A stretch of DNA of 64,000 bases from an uncultured Verrucomicrobiae bacterium (GTDB lineage Bacteria > Chlamydiota > Chlamydiia > Chlamydiales > Rhabdochlamydiaceae), in NCBI GenBank assembly GCA_963806855.1, contig CAWDYW010000001.1, positions 480,001 through 544,000 on the forward strand, written 5' to 3'. Position 1 is the first letter of the stretch. Every line of letters starts with the position of its first letter. The notes below the pieces were generated by a model that had not been told where the DNA came from, ran no database searches, and saw only the letters and a program-made list of their open reading frames with translations. Position numbers and translations under genes: made by a program. Shown piece by piece: positions 9,302-18,508 of the stretch.

Positions 9302-11086
9302 ATGGGCTTTGCGATTGCTTCCGACAATTCCTCTTCGACTATTTCTTCGATTCTCCAGTCTTATTTAGTTCCAGTATCGGTTACTGCGATTGCTATCCCG
9401 GTAGCCCTTTTTACGATCACGCATCTAGCATTCTATACTTATAAGCATCGCGATGACATTTTAGAGCACGCTATAGCGAATAATCGGCCGATGCTTGCGA
9501 GAATGGCGCTGGCCGGTGGGGCAAAGATTTCCCTAACTAAACATCAAGGCTTAGCGAAAGAAGCTGTTGAAAAAAAAGATATAGATCGCATTTTGCTCTA
9601 TGGATTTCTGCTTCCTTGGCTTCCTGGGGCGGATAATATGATCCAAGAGATGGAGGAGGATAGAGAAGGTTTTATCAAAACAGTTAAAGCGTTTTTCAAT
9701 ATTAGTAATGAAAAGCTCACTTTGGAATGGCTTTATTTTTCGGCGATTCAAAATGGAAATCAAGCAATTGCTGATTATTGTATTCAAAGGCTCGATCCCA
9801 ATATGATCGTAAACGATCGATCGCTTCTTCATGTTGCAGTTGATCGAGGCCGCCTCGAGATAGCGCGCAAATTACTCGAAAAAGGGGCAGACATTAATGC
9901 GAGACATATAAGAGGTTCTACGCCATTTGCGTGCGCCGTAGAAGCTAATAAATATAAGGCGACAGTATTCTTGATGGATGCGGGTGCAAACACTCAATTA
10001 ATGGAAGGCCGTGCAGATGTTAATGCCGATCAGGAGGGATCAGAAGTTCTTAGGAGAGTATCCCCGCATTATCTTGCTTCTTTGTTAAGTAGTCTAGTAT
10101 TAGAAGGTAGTTGTCCAAAATACCTAAAATTTATTGAGAAGATATTACGAAAGGCAAACGATTCCAATTCCATAGATAGAGACTATCGAGGACTAATTAG
10201 TTTTGTTCTAAGAAATCAAAATCTTCAAGTGGACGACATATTTATCGTCGCAGAAGATGTCGTTAGTTTGAATTTAAACTGCATATTTTCGAAGTCCTTT
10301 GATTATATGGAAAAAGAAAATTGGCCGTTTGAATGCAGATGTCAATGGATTAGAAAATTGAGAAACTTAGGGGTTGATATTAATGCGGTCGAGTGGTGGC
10401 AGTGGGATTCGATCGAGTGGCCGCGGAGGGGGGGAAGAGATTTCACTGGTTCCGCATTGGATTGGGCGATCTTAAATAAAAATTTTGAACTTGCTAAATT
10501 TCTAGTGATGGAAGGTGGAAGTCGCATGCCAGAAAATTTTTTTCGGGAGGCCACCCGTGACATCGTGGGTATGAGGCATGAATTTCTTATTCAATTGTTG
10601 AATTGTAGTCAAGATTCTTTCTTTTCTATTGTGCGGGATCGTGAGATCACGGGCAATAAAATTAAATTGTGCCCGCTGTTAATTAAAACCAACGATAAAG
10701 GACAAACCCTACTTCATTTGGCTCGGGGGTATTTGTGTTATACGGAGACTCTTTTAGCAAAAGGAGCAGATCCTAATGCTAGAGATATGGATGGTCGTAC
10801 CCCGCTGCATTACGTTGCCGGTTCCCCCTACGTAGATTGTATTAAGCTTCTTTTGGCGAAAGGAGCAGATCCTAATGCTAGAGATAATGATGGTAGAACC
10901 CCACTGCATTTCCTTGCTAAATGGCTTATCCAGTGTGATAGACGAAGGAGCTCGCCTGATGAAGTTAGAGAAATGCTAGTAAGAGATATAAGATATAATG
11001 TGCTTTTCGATGGTGGGGCCGATCCACTAATTCGAGATAGTCTTAATAACAAATATTTTGATTATTCCCCAGCCCTATTGTTCTAA
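9302..11086 (+). CDS. Ankyrin-repeat protein with N-terminal hydrophobic anchor
   Basis: SLLHVAVDRG..GADINAR, GRTPLHY..LLLAKGADPNARD repeats. Confidence 0.92.
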   Translation: MGFAIASDNSSSTISSILQSYLVPVSVTAIAIPVALFTITHLAFYTYKHRDDILEHAIANNRPMLARMALAGGAKISLTKHQGLAKEAVEKKDIDRILLYGFLLPWLPGADNMIQEMEEDREGFIKTVKAFFNISNEKLTLEWLYFSAIQNGNQAIADYCIQRLDPNMIVNDRSLLHVAVDRGRLEIARKLLEKGADINARHIRGSTPFACAVEANKYKATVFLMDAGANTQLMEGRADVNADQEGSEVLRRVSPHYLASLLSSLVLEGSCPKYLKFIEKILRKANDSNSIDRDYRGLISFVLRNQNLQVDDIFIVAEDVVSLNLNCIFSKSFDYMEKENWPFECRCQWIRKLRNLGVDINAVEWWQWDSIEWPRRGGRDFTGSALDWAILNKNFELAKFLVMEGGSRMPENFFREATRDIVGMRHEFLIQLLNCSQDSFFSIVRDREITGNKIKLCPLLIKTNDKGQTLLHLARGYLCYTETLLAKGADPNARDMDGRTPLHYVAGSPYVDCIKLLLAKGADPNARDNDGRTPLHFLAKWLIQCDRRRSSPDEVREMLVRDIRYNVLFDGGADPLIRDSLNNKYFDYSPALLF

Positions 11087-11141
11087 CCAGATCTCTTTCA
11101 CATTCACACAGCTTAGCATTGCGATTCATCAGTAGCGCATC
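11081..11141 (-). repeat. Diverged non-coding copy of the aroC 3' end
   Basis: 53/61 identical to 13296..13356; reads DALLMNRNAKLCECERDLVR vs aroC DALLMNRNAKLWECEKDLVR. Confidence 0.9.
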
Positions 11142-11228
11142 TTGGAGGGTGGCGCTGGTTCAAGTTCTGGTCAAATATCTTTCTCCGCAATATACTCTTC
11201 CCTCTGAACCTTCATTATAAGGGTAAAA

Positions 11229-13301
11229 ATGGGCTCTGTGATTACTTCTGGTTACAATTCCTCTTCGACGGTTTCTTCAATTCTCCAGTCTTATTTAGTT
11301 CCGGTTTCGGTTTCTTCGATTGCTATCCCAGTAGCCCTTTATACGATCACGCATCTAGCATTCTATACTTATAAGCATCGCGATGACATTTTAGAGCACG
11401 CTATAGCCAATAATCGGCCGATGCTTGCAAGGATGGCGCTGGCCGGCGGGGCGAAGATCTCCCGCGCAAAACATCAAGGCTTAGCGAAAGAAGCTGTTGA
11501 AAAAAAGGATATAGATCGCATTTTGCTCTATGGATTTCTGCTTCCTTGGCTTCCTGGGGCGGATAATATGATCCAAGAGATGGAGGAGGATCGCGAAGAT
11601 TTTATCAAAACAATTAAAGCGTTTTTCAATATTAGGAGGCATGTTTATTGCGGTCTTAATGAAAAGCTCACTTTGGCATGGCTTTATTTTTCGGCGATTC
11701 AAAATGGAAATCAAGCAATAGCTGATTACTGTATTCAAAGACTCGATCCCAATATGATCATAAGCGGCCGCTCGCTTCTTCATGTTGCAGTTGATCGAGG
11801 CTGCCTCGAGATAGCGCGTAAATTAATCGAAAAAAGAGCAGATATTAATGCGAGAGATATAAGAGGTGATACACCATTTGCTCGCGCCGTAAAAGCTAAT
11901 AAGTATAAAACGACAGCATTCTTGATGGATGCGGGTGCAAACCTCCAATTAATGGAAGGTCGTGCAGATGTTATTGCCGATCAGCAGGGATCAGAAGTGC
12001 TTAGGAGAGCGTCCCCTCATGATCTTGCTTCTTTGTTAAGTTGTCTAGTATTAGAAGGTAGTTGTCCAAGATACCTAAAATTTATTGAGAAGATATTACG
12101 AAAGGCGGGCGATTCCAATCCCATAGATAAAGACTATCGAGGAATAATTAGTTGTGTTCTAAGAAATCAAAATCTTCAATGGGAGGACATATTTATTGTC
12201 GCAGAAGATGTCGTTAGATTAAATTTGAACTGCATATTTTCGAAGTCTTTTGATTATATGGAAAAAGAAAATTGGCCGTTTGAATGCAGATGTCAATGGA
12301 TTAGAAAATTAATAAACTTAGGGGTAGATATTAATAGGATCTGGTTGCAGCAGCGTGATTCGATCCGGCAGCCGAGTTGGAGAGATTTCTATAGAGGTTC
12401 CGCATTAGATTGGGCTATCTCAAATGGAAATTTTGAACTTGCTAAATTTCTAGTGATGGCAGGTGGAAATTGTGTTGTTAGATTAAATTTAGAGAACATA
12501 TTTTCGAAGTCCTTTGATTATATGGAAAAAGAAAATTGGTCATTAGAATGCAGATGTCAATGGCTTATAAAATTGATAAACTTAGGGGTAGATATTAATG
12601 CGGTCGAGTGGCGGCAGTGGGATTCGATCGATCCGTCGCGGAGGGGAAGAGATTTCAATGGTTCCGCATTAGATTGGGCGATCTTAAACGAAAATTTTGA
12701 ACTTGCGAAATTTCTAGTGATGGAAGGTGGAAGTCGCATGCCAGAAAATTTTTTTCGGGAGGCCACCCGTGACATCGTGGGTATGAGGCATGAATTTCTT
12801 ATTCAATTGTTGAATTGTAGTCAAGATTCTTTCTTTTCTATTGTGCGGGATCGTGAGATCACGGGCAATAAAATTAAATTGTGCCCGCTGTTAATTAAAA
12901 CCAACGATAAAGGACAAACCCTACTTCATTTGGCTCGGGGGTATTTGTGTTATACGGAGACTCTTTTAGCAAAAGGAGCAGATCCTAATGCTAGAGATAT
13001 GGATGGTCGTACCCCGCTGCATTACGTTGCCGGTTCCCCCTACGTAGCTTGTATTAAGCTTCTTTTGGCGAAAGGAGCAGATCCTAATGCTAGAGATAAT
13101 GATGGTAGAACCCCACTGCATGAACTTGCTGAAGAGCTTATCCTGTTGGAAGGACCACGGAGAATCTTGCCTGATGAAGTTAGAGATATACTCTCAAGAG
13201 ATGTAAGATGTAAGTTGCTTATCGCCGCCGGAGCCGATCGCTCAATTCGAGATAACGATAATAATACTTATGAAGCGATCCCTAATCACTATTTCTTCTA
13301 A
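11229..13301 (+). CDS. Ankyrin-repeat protein, tandem paralog of 9302..11086 with an internal module duplication
   Basis: Same ankyrin motifs; the IFSKSFDYMEKENW...GSALDWAI..NFELAKFLVM module occurs twice. Confidence 0.92.
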   Translation: MGSVITSGYNSSSTVSSILQSYLVPVSVSSIAIPVALYTITHLAFYTYKHRDDILEHAIANNRPMLARMALAGGAKISRAKHQGLAKEAVEKKDIDRILLYGFLLPWLPGADNMIQEMEEDREDFIKTIKAFFNIRRHVYCGLNEKLTLAWLYFSAIQNGNQAIADYCIQRLDPNMIISGRSLLHVAVDRGCLEIARKLIEKRADINARDIRGDTPFARAVKANKYKTTAFLMDAGANLQLMEGRADVIADQQGSEVLRRASPHDLASLLSCLVLEGSCPRYLKFIEKILRKAGDSNPIDKDYRGIISCVLRNQNLQWEDIFIVAEDVVRLNLNCIFSKSFDYMEKENWPFECRCQWIRKLINLGVDINRIWLQQRDSIRQPSWRDFYRGSALDWAISNGNFELAKFLVMAGGNCVVRLNLENIFSKSFDYMEKENWSLECRCQWLIKLINLGVDINAVEWRQWDSIDPSRRGRDFNGSALDWAILNENFELAKFLVMEGGSRMPENFFREATRDIVGMRHEFLIQLLNCSQDSFFSIVRDREITGNKIKLCPLLIKTNDKGQTLLHLARGYLCYTETLLAKGADPNARDMDGRTPLHYVAGSPYVACIKLLLAKGADPNARDNDGRTPLHELAEELILLEGPRRILPDEVRDILSRDVRCKLLIAAGADRSIRDNDNNTYEAIPNHYFF

Positions 13302-14406
13302 CCAAATCTTTTTCGCATTCCCAAAGTTTAGCATTGCGATTCATCAGCAGAGCATCGGCAAGGACCAGGGCTGTCATCGCTTCGACGATGGGGACGGCGC
13401 GGATAGCGACGCAGGGATCTTGTTTGGCTGTTTCGGAGAGCTGGAAGGTGGTCTTTTCCCCTTGGAGGGTGACGGTGGCTTGCGGTTTTTTGATGCTCGA
13501 GGTCGGTTTGAATGCGACTCTGAAGTAGAGGGGTGAGCCGGTCGAGATTCCCCCGAGGGTGCCGCCGGAGAAGTTTGTGACTGTATGAACGTGCCCCTCT
13601 TCGTCGATGTCGAAGGCGTCGTTGTGCTCGGAGCCCTTCATCTGCGCGGCGGAAAAGCCGGAGCCGATTTCAAATCCTTTGGTTGCGGGCAGTGAGAGCA
13701 TGGCTGAGGCGAGCATCGCTTCGAGTTTGCTATAGATGGGCTCACCGAGGCCTAAGGGGATGTGCGCAATACAGCCGATGACGCCTCCGAGGGAATCTTT
13801 TTCTTCTTTGATCTGGGTGAGCCGGGCGATGATTTTTTCTGCGGCTTGTTCGTCGGGGCAAAAGATCGGGCTGGAGTAGGTTTTTTGACGCAACTGGGTG
13901 AGGTCGGGAGGGACGATGCCGATCCCTCCGATTTCGGCGACGAAGGCTGTGCAGCTGATGTTGTAGTGGGCGAGCAGTTTTTTTGCGACGGCACCGGCGG
14001 CGACGCGGGCGACGGTTTCGCGGGCGGAGGCTCGGCCGCTGCCACGGTAGTCGAAGATGCCATATTTGCCGAGGTAGGTGAAGTTAGCATGGCCGGGGCG
14101 GTAGAGTTCTTTGAGCGGCTCGTAGGGCTTGCTGTCGACATCTTCGTTGCGGAAGAGGATAGCGATCGGGGCGCCGGTAGTTTTTCCTTCAAAGAGGCCG
14201 GAGAAGATTTCGGGTCGGTCGGTTTCTGCGCGGGGGGAGGTATAGGGGCTTTTGCCGGGACGCCTATAGGCGAGCTCTGCTTCGATGTCTTGGATGGTGA
14301 GGGGAAGGCCTGCGGGGCAGCCATCGATGACGACGCCGATGCCTGGGCCGTGTGATTCGCCGAAGGTGGTGATCCGAAAGATTTTTCCAAAAGAATTAGA
14401 GGCCAT
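13282..14406 (-). CDS. aroC: Chorismate synthase
   Basis: TTFGESHG, RPGHA, GRASARET, SGGTLGGIS, AFKPTSSI. Confidence 0.97.
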   Translation of the reverse strand: MASNSFGKIFRITTFGESHGPGIGVVIDGCPAGLPLTIQDIEAELAYRRPGKSPYTSPRAETDRPEIFSGLFEGKTTGAPIAILFRNEDVDSKPYEPLKELYRPGHANFTYLGKYGIFDYRGSGRASARETVARVAAGAVAKKLLAHYNISCTAFVAEIGGIGIVPPDLTQLRQKTYSSPIFCPDEQAAEKIIARLTQIKEEKDSLGGVIGCIAHIPLGLGEPIYSKLEAMLASAMLSLPATKGFEIGSGFSAAQMKGSEHNDAFDIDEEGHVHTVTNFSGGTLGGISTGSPLYFRVAFKPTSSIKKPQATVTLQGEKTTFQLSETAKQDPCVAIRAVPIVEAMTALVLADALLMNRNAKLWECEKDLVRRNSD

Positions 14407-14461
14407 GTGCAGATCTTAAGCGTTCTTGGATTTTCAAAGCAATTTCGATCGGTGATTGGGA
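14390..14461 (-). repeat. Copy 1 of the duplicated aroK-stop/aroC-start junction (copy 2 at 15867..15938)
   Basis: 53/57 identity between 14390..14446 and 15867..15923, weaker similarity for another 15 bp. Confidence 0.9.
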
Positions 14462-14486
14462 AATAGATCGCGTTGCGAGATTAAAT

Positions 14487-15656
14487 TTATTGCTGTCTTA
14501 GTAAATCTGCTAAGGCCTTATGTGGATTACAGTGAAGATCAAAGGCGCCAGTTTTATGAACTGGAGTTATGCTATACGCCTTACCTGCTACTGTTCGTGG
14601 GACAGGAATGCCCAATATGCGTTCAGCCAAAACCGATAAAATATTGAAAATTCTAGTCCCCCCAAGCCATTCTCCTTTGACACTAAAAGCTGTGATTTTT
14701 TCTGCGTTTTCTGCAAATGCCGTATTACCTACATTCGATCGAATATAACGCCTTACGCCGGCCCCCATCGGCTCCGAATTAAAAACCGACGCCTCTAAGC
14801 CATTAGCAACTGCTGCGCATTGTGCCAACATACCCCCATGAGAATGGCCTGCAATAACCGGTTTTATGGAAGAACCATTGCAAGCCTCCTTCAAAGCCTT
14901 TCCTAGTTCGATAGCTTCCGTAACGTTGGCGTTTATTCCTCCGATAAAATTATGTGCGGTTCCCCTCGCACTGCTCCAAGCAAGGGCATCTGCATCAGTT
15001 TCGTTCAAAGTGGCCTTCTCTTCATTACCAAGCCCCATAATGCCGATAACGATTGTTCTTTCCTCCATGTCATAATTCAACCGAATGCACGTGCCTGTTT
15101 TTTCACTATAAAAACAGTTGCTATAATCACCTTCCTTAAAACCTAATTGCGCAATTGACAGTCTTAAGTTGTTAAATGAAGCCTCCATTTCTGGGTCGGT
15201 GTTAAGTGGTGGATTATAATTTCGACCAACATAAATATCGTTATAACGTTGGAAATTTGTTTCTATCGTTGTTCTTAGGACAGGGTCCTGTTTAACCGCA
15301 TTCTGATCTATACGTTGATAGTAATCCGAAATACCCCCTTTCCAGTCGGCGAGCATATGATCTTTCAGAGTCCGCTTAAATACATCACCAAATACGGCAT
15401 TTTTATCGTTTAAGGCCGCACCTAAACTTTGAAACAATCGAATAGGGGCTTTTAATACATTGATCAAAACACCTCTTGAAGATAATGGAAGGGGGAACGT
15501 GACAAAAATGCCGATCTTTTTCACCACGTCTAGGATCTTGTCCAATGTTTCTTTCCAATTTCTTGCGGGCTCACTTGTAACAGGTTGAGTTTCTGCCATC
15601 GCTTGAGGCGTAGCGCTTCTTAAAGGATCAAAAACATAAAATAAATTATCTAACAT
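14487..15656 (-). CDS. Alpha/beta-hydrolase (lipase class 3-like) candidate effector inserted between aroK and aroC
   Basis: IAGHSHGGMLA; paralog of 7754..8968; AT-rich. Confidence 0.75.
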   Translation of the reverse strand: MLDNLFYVFDPLRSATPQAMAETQPVTSEPARNWKETLDKILDVVKKIGIFVTFPLPLSSRGVLINVLKAPIRLFQSLGAALNDKNAVFGDVFKRTLKDHMLADWKGGISDYYQRIDQNAVKQDPVLRTTIETNFQRYNDIYVGRNYNPPLNTDPEMEASFNNLRLSIAQLGFKEGDYSNCFYSEKTGTCIRLNYDMEERTIVIGIMGLGNEEKATLNETDADALAWSSARGTAHNFIGGINANVTEAIELGKALKEACNGSSIKPVIAGHSHGGMLAQCAAVANGLEASVFNSEPMGAGVRRYIRSNVGNTAFAENAEKITAFSVKGEWLGGTRIFNILSVLAERILGIPVPRTVAGKAYSITPVHKTGAFDLHCNPHKALADLLRQQ

Positions 15657-15872
15657 ATTAATATCTCACTTGTAATTTAATTATAGCAAAATATTAATTG
15701 TTTGTAAATAAAAGCTTACTATATTCAGGGGCGTTATTGCGAGAGTTAACTATCTGAAAATCAAAAAACTATCACCATAGGGCTTATGTGGGACTTGGAA
15801 AATTTTTCCTCTGTGCCCTTTGCGCTCTCTGTGGTGATAAATATTTTATATTCAATAACTTAAGTGAAAGAA

Positions 15873-16361
15873 TTAGAGGCCGTGAGCAGATCTTAAGAGT
15901 TCTTGGATTTTCAAGGCAATTTCGGCGGGGGTTTGGGAATCTGTCTCGATCACTTCATCAGCATAATGGTGGTAGAGGGGAAGTCGGAATTCATAGTGAT
16001 CTTTGTGGAAGAGAGGGCGGTTTGGATCGCTAGCAACCCGCTTGACAAGGTGGTCAAAGCTGGTTTTGAGATAGATCACTTTGCCATTGAGATAGTCGAG
16101 GATGATTTTATTTAGCACGACACCGCCGCCGGTCGAGATGACGAGGTCTGTTTTGGACTGCAGCTCTTTGGCGACGGCGATCTCGGTGTCGCGCCAGAGC
16201 AGCTCGCCCCCTTTTGCAAACACTTCGCTGACGGTCTGACTGGCAGTTTTTTGTAGGACCAGCTCATCCATTTCGACAAGGGGAAGCTGCAGGAGTCCAC
16301 TCAAGTGCTTGCCGACGGTCGATTTGCCCGAACCCATAAAGCCGATGAGGATGATGTTCAT
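15873..16361 (-). CDS. aroK: Shikimate kinase
   Basis: MNIILIGFMGSGKSTVG, STGGGVV, NRPL; ATGA overlap with the upstream stop puts the start at 16361. Confidence 0.95.
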   Translation of the reverse strand: MNIILIGFMGSGKSTVGKHLSGLLQLPLVEMDELVLQKTASQTVSEVFAKGGELLWRDTEIAVAKELQSKTDLVISTGGGVVLNKIILDYLNGKVIYLKTSFDHLVKRVASDPNRPLFHKDHYEFRLPLYHHYADEVIETDSQTPAEIALKIQELLRSAHGL

Positions 16362-18508
16362 TTGAGGCTCCCGAGGACCTGCCAAAAGGTGGGAAAGGTC
16401 TTCTTCACCACTTCGGGCTGCCGAATTTCAATCTCGGACAGATGCATTTTGGCAACGGCAAATGACATCGCCATTCTGTGGTCGTTGTAGGTATTGATCG
16501 GCGCGGGTTTCGGAGTGCCGCCGTGGATGGTCAAGCTGTCGTGGGTATCTTCAGTTTGAATTCCCATTTTGCCGAGCTCGTTTTTAAGGGCGATCACCCG
16601 CTCAGTCTCTTTTACACGGAGGGAGCGGACTCCGCTGATTTTCGATATGCCGTTTGCAAAAGCAGCGAGGACTGCCATCGTCATCACCTGATCTGGGCAC
16701 TCTTGCATATCGATATCGAGGGGATGGAGCTGACTGCCTTCGATCGTGATCTGATTTTTCTCATAGGTTACCCGGTTGCCCATCTTCTCCAAAATGGACA
16801 AAAATTGTCTATCGGCTTGGACAGAGTTGGGGTTGAGGTTCTCCAAGGTGATCGTCGATTTTGTCAGGACGGCGATCGCGAAAAAATAGGCAGCGCTCGA
16901 GTAGTCCCCTTCGATGAGGTATTCTGTTTTTTGGTAGCTTTGAGGAGGGATGGAGTAGCTGTTATGGATCGTGATTCCCCACTCACGCATGCAGCTGAGG
17001 GTCATATCGATATAGGATTTCGAGATCGGTGGTGTAGTGAGACGGATGGTTAGGCCATTGGGAAGCATAGGGGCAATCATCAGCAGTGCAGAGCAAAATT
17101 GGCTGCTGATATCCCCTTTCAAATTGACAGAGGCGCCAGTTAAAGTCGATGAGCTGATTTTGATTCCATCTGCACTTATCTCAATCTCAGCGCCAAGCTG
17201 TCGCAATGCCTCGACAAGATCTTGGATAGGGCGATCAAGGAGACGTGGACTTCCCTGAAGCATTTTAACGCCCGGCACAATACAAGATAGTGCGAGCATA
17301 AACCGGAGCGTGGTTCCAGAATCGTGGGCAAATAGATCGTAACTTCCGTCTTCGATGCGGCTAATGTCCCCATGGACGATGATCTCCTCTGCCTTTGTCT
17401 CGATCTCAATCCCCAGGGCACGCAAACAGCCGATCATCGCTTCGGTATCGTCGCAGTATAGGGGATTTTTCAGATGAACAGATCCTTTCGTCAATGCCGC
17501 CAAGATGAGGGCCCGATTGGTGTAGCTCTTCGAGCCGGGGATGCGGATAGGCCGATTTTCCATCCAGTCGAGAGTCGGGTCTAATTCGCTTAACGAGACA
17601 GCGCGGCAATAGTCCCCATCAAACGGGAGAGCATGTCCGATCCGGTCGATGAGAATAAAGCGGATGGCTCCAGAGGCCTTTTTTTTATCGTGACTTAAGG
17701 CCTGCAAAAATTTAGTCCTGGTGTAGCCTTGTGGTAGTTTGAGAGGGGGGTAGAGGGCTCGAATTTGATCAAAATCGGCTTCAGAGAGATATCCAAGGCA
17801 CATGCTCAGGTGGCTTTCTGCAAGGCAGCCCAAAGCGACCGCCTCTCCATGGGCCATTTCGTAATCGGAGACCGCTTCAAGCGCATGGCCGATAGTGTGG
17901 CCAAAATTGAGGATCCGCCGCAGGCCCTGGTCGAGAGGATCCTGTGCGACGATTTTCATTTTTGCTTCGATTGCTTTTTCAATATCACCCATAATCGAGG
18001 GATCGTAGATAAGGGCCATCTTGGTGATTTCGGCCTGGCCGTTGAATCGCTCTTTTTCCGGCAACGTTTTCAATGTGTCGAGGTCGACAAAGATCGCTTT
18101 GGGCTCGTAGAAGGTGCCGATCAGATTTTTGCCAAAGGGGGTATCGATGGCTGTTTTCCCCCCAATGGAGGCGTCGACGATGGCCAAGAGGGTAGTGGGG
18201 ACTAAAATTAGCGGTAGGCCCCGCATGTAGATCGAAGCGACAAAGCCGACCAGATCAGTTGTTGCGCCGCCGCCTAGCGCAATGAGCGTAGTATTGCGAT
18301 CAGCGCCAAGTTTGAAGAGCTGGTTGATCACACCCATCGCCACATCTAGAGTTTTGGCTTTTTCACCACTGGGGATGAGGATGAGCTCGGCATGGATTTT
18401 TTGTGCGAGAGAAGTGGCATATAGATCGCGCAAAGCCTCATCGGCGATCACAATTTTTGCACCGGGGAGTTGATTGCAGTATTCAGGTAATTCTTCAATT
18501 TTCTTCAT
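16358..18508 (-). CDS. aroB-aroA: Fused 3-dehydroquinate synthase / EPSP synthase (AroB-AroA)
   Basis: AroB motifs GGGATTD, PTTLLAIVDASIGGKT, LNFGHTIGHALE, then AroA motifs IPGSKSYTNRAL, SGTTLRF, SSQF, LRVKETER, DHRMAM in one frame. Confidence 0.93.
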   Translation of the reverse strand: MKKIEELPEYCNQLPGAKIVIADEALRDLYATSLAQKIHAELILIPSGEKAKTLDVAMGVINQLFKLGADRNTTLIALGGGATTDLVGFVASIYMRGLPLILVPTTLLAIVDASIGGKTAIDTPFGKNLIGTFYEPKAIFVDLDTLKTLPEKERFNGQAEITKMALIYDPSIMGDIEKAIEAKMKIVAQDPLDQGLRRILNFGHTIGHALEAVSDYEMAHGEAVALGCLAESHLSMCLGYLSEADFDQIRALYPPLKLPQGYTRTKFLQALSHDKKKASGAIRFILIDRIGHALPFDGDYCRAVSLSELDPTLDWMENRPIRIPGSKSYTNRALILAALTKGSVHLKNPLYCDDTEAMIGCLRALGIEIETKAEEIIVHGDISRIEDGSYDLFAHDSGTTLRFMLALSCIVPGVKMLQGSPRLLDRPIQDLVEALRQLGAEIEISADGIKISSSTLTGASVNLKGDISSQFCSALLMIAPMLPNGLTIRLTTPPISKSYIDMTLSCMREWGITIHNSYSIPPQSYQKTEYLIEGDYSSAAYFFAIAVLTKSTITLENLNPNSVQADRQFLSILEKMGNRVTYEKNQITIEGSQLHPLDIDMQECPDQVMTMAVLAAFANGISKISGVRSLRVKETERVIALKNELGKMGIQTEDTHDSLTIHGGTPKPAPINTYNDHRMAMSFAVAKMHLSEIEIRQPEVVKKTFPTFWQVLGSLK

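Noticed and set aside
13752..14390. Pro/Ser-rich 212-aa ORF and similar long shadow ORFs (e.g. 41277..42170, 53175..53921)
   Set aside because: Alternative-frame or antisense by-products of skewed codon usage in aroC, the MFS gene and nhaD
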